Made by a program: the position numbers and the translations under genes. The notes below the pieces were generated by a model that was not told where the DNA came from, did no database searches, and worked only from the letters and a program-made list of their open reading frames with translations. Shown here one piece after another: positions 30,539-32,000 of a DNA stretch of 32,000 nucleotides. Source of the DNA: Mycobacterium tuberculosis H37Rv (GTDB lineage: Bacteria > Actinomycetota > Actinomycetes > Mycobacteriales > Mycobacteriaceae); NCBI RefSeq assembly GCF_000195955.2, contig NC_000962.3:540001-572000 (forward strand). The letters run 5' to 3'. Every line of letters starts with the position of its first letter. The stretch's first letter is position 1.

Positions 30539-31648
30539 ATGAAACGGAGCGGTGTCGGTTCGCTCTTTGCCGGTGCGCATATTGCCGAGGCGGTCCCGTT
30601 GGCGCCGCTGACCACTTTGCGTGTGGGCCCGATCGCCCGACGTGTCATCACTTGCACCAGCGCCGAACAGGTGGTGGCTGCGCTGCGGCACCTGGATTCG
30701 GCGGCCAAGACCGGAGCTGACCGCCCGCTGGTGTTTGCTGGTGGCTCCAATTTGGTGATCGCCGAGAACCTGACCGACCTGACCGTGGTGCGGTTGGCCA
30801 ATAGCGGCATCACCATCGACGGTAACTTGGTGCGGGCCGAGGCCGGTGCGGTCTTCGATGACGTGGTGGTTAGGGCCATCGAACAGGGTCTGGGCGGACT
30901 GGAATGCCTGTCTGGCATCCCAGGATCGGCCGGGGCGACACCCGTGCAGAACGTGGGGGCGTATGGCGCGGAGGTGTCTGACACCATCACTCGGGTTCGG
31001 CTTTTGGATCGGTGCACGGGTGAGGTGCGTTGGGTATCCGCGCGCGACCTGCGCTTCGGCTATCGCACGAGCGTGCTCAAACACGCTGATGGGCTTGCGG
31101 TGCCCACCGTGGTCTTGGAGGTGGAGTTTGCGCTGGATCCGTCGGGCCGCAGCGCACCGCTGCGCTACGGCGAGCTGATCGCCGCGCTGAATGCGACCAG
31201 CGGCGAGCGCGCCGACCCGCAAGCGGTCCGCGAAGCGGTGCTGGCCCTGCGGGCACGCAAGGGCATGGTGCTGGACCCGACCGACCATGACACCTGGAGC
31301 GTGGGATCGTTCTTCACAAACCCGGTGGTCACCCAGGATGTTTACGAACGGCTGGCCGGTGACGCGGCCACCAGAAAGGACGGTCCGGTCCCGCACTATC
31401 CCGCGCCCGACGGCGTCAAGCTGGCCGCCGGCTGGCTGGTGGAACGGGCCGGCTTCGGCAAGGGCTATCCGGATGCCGGCGCCGCCCCATGCCGGCTTTC
31501 CACCAAACATGCGCTGGCGCTGACAAATCGTGGCGGGGCCACCGCCGAAGATGTGGTGACGCTGGCGCGCGCCGTGCGCGATGGGGTCCATGATGTGTTT
31601 GGTATCACACTAAAACCCGAACCCGTGCTGATCGGCTGCATGTTGTAG
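30539..31648 (+). CDS. murB: UDP-N-acetylenolpyruvoylglucosamine reductase
   Basis: 369-aa track ORF. It has an FAD-binding PCMH domain ([10 protein letters not shown]) and the MurB C-terminal domain ([10 protein letters not shown]...[14 protein letters not shown]). Confidence 0.95.
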
Positions 31649-31709
31649 CTGCGTTTTCGCGGCGGGGCGGCGTGGCGCGCATTGCTTAGGGCTGGTTGCC
31701 AGGCGTTCT

Positions 31710-32000
31710 GTGGTCATTCGTGTGCTGTTTCGCCCGGTATCTTTGATACCCGTGAATAACTCCAGCACCCCCCAGAGTCAGGGGCCGATCAGTCGGCGTC
31801 TGGCGTTGACGGCCCTTGGGTTTGGGGTGTTGGCACCGAACGTTCTGGTCGCGTGCGCCGGCAAAGTGACCAAGCTGGCCGAGAAGAGGCCGCCACCGGC
31901 GCCTCGTCTGACTTTCCGGCCTGCCGACTCTGCCGCCGACGTGGTGCCGATCGCGCCGATCAGCGTCGAGGTCGGTGACGGCTGGTTTCAGCGGGTCGCG
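31710..32000 (+). CDS. lprQ: Lipoprotein L,D-transpeptidase (LdtMt5), N-terminal 97 codons; the gene runs off the right edge
   Basis: GTG 31710 opens a frame that stays open to base 32000: [97 protein letters not shown]. It has a Tat/Sec-like signal and the lipobox LVAC. It is not in the ORF track because there is no stop in the window. Confidence 0.85.
   Translation, partial: MVIRVLFRPVSLIPVNNSSTPQSQGPISRRLALTALGFGVLAPNVLVACAGKVTKLAEKRPPPAPRLTFRPADSAADVVPIAPISVEVGDGWFQRVA

Noticed and set aside
30530-31591. 353-aa minus-strand ORF
   Set aside because: It is antisense to murB, so it is a shadow frame.

Overview
High-GC actinobacterial chromosome. From gene content and order I recognise it as the Mycobacterium tuberculosis complex segment from mmpL4/mmpS4 to murB/lprQ (Rv0450c to Rv0483 in H37Rv numbering). 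This is recollection and should be confirmed by alignment. The window is densely coding, with about 40 protein genes on both strands and many 1-4 nt start/stop overlaps. I saw no rRNA, tRNA, IS element, prophage or CRISPR array. Content: siderophore export (mmpS4-mmpL4 and the secreted protein gene at 5375..5821), an orphan PPE gene (PPE11), echA2, a mazEF module, a prolyl oligopeptidase, an aldehyde dehydrogenase with its DUF779 partner, lpdC, the ramB - thioesterase - icl1 - fadB2 carbon/lipid block, the convergent mycolate methyltransferase paralogues umaA and pcaA, two TetR regulators, an XRE regulator, hbhA, deoC, a nitrilase-family operon, murB, and the start of the L,D-transpeptidase lipoprotein lprQ. 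This is core genome, not an obvious novel multi-gene system. The observations most worth a second look are small-scale. (1) A Shine-Dalgarno-led 44-codon PE-like ORF is coupled by ATGA to PPE11. (2) The locus between PPE11 and the secreted-protein gene has two mutually exclusive ORFs, and the Cys-rich minus-strand one looks more real. (3) mazEF1 is eroded: mazF is readable only across three frames and mazE is truncated. It sits behind four exact-phase 10-bp TAGTAA repeats. (4) Two adjacent 'hypothetical' ORFs plus a third frame reassemble into one decayed UbiA-family prenyltransferase gene. (5) A 56-bp MIRU-like tandem repeat fills an intercistronic gap and is open in frame into the downstream gene. 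(6) Back-to-back -10 elements sit in the 26-bp gap between murB and its divergent neighbour, implying two leaderless transcripts. (7) RamB-type boxes lie upstream of icl1 and a compound hairpin downstream. Long antisense ORFs in the track are GC-driven shadow frames and were rejected.
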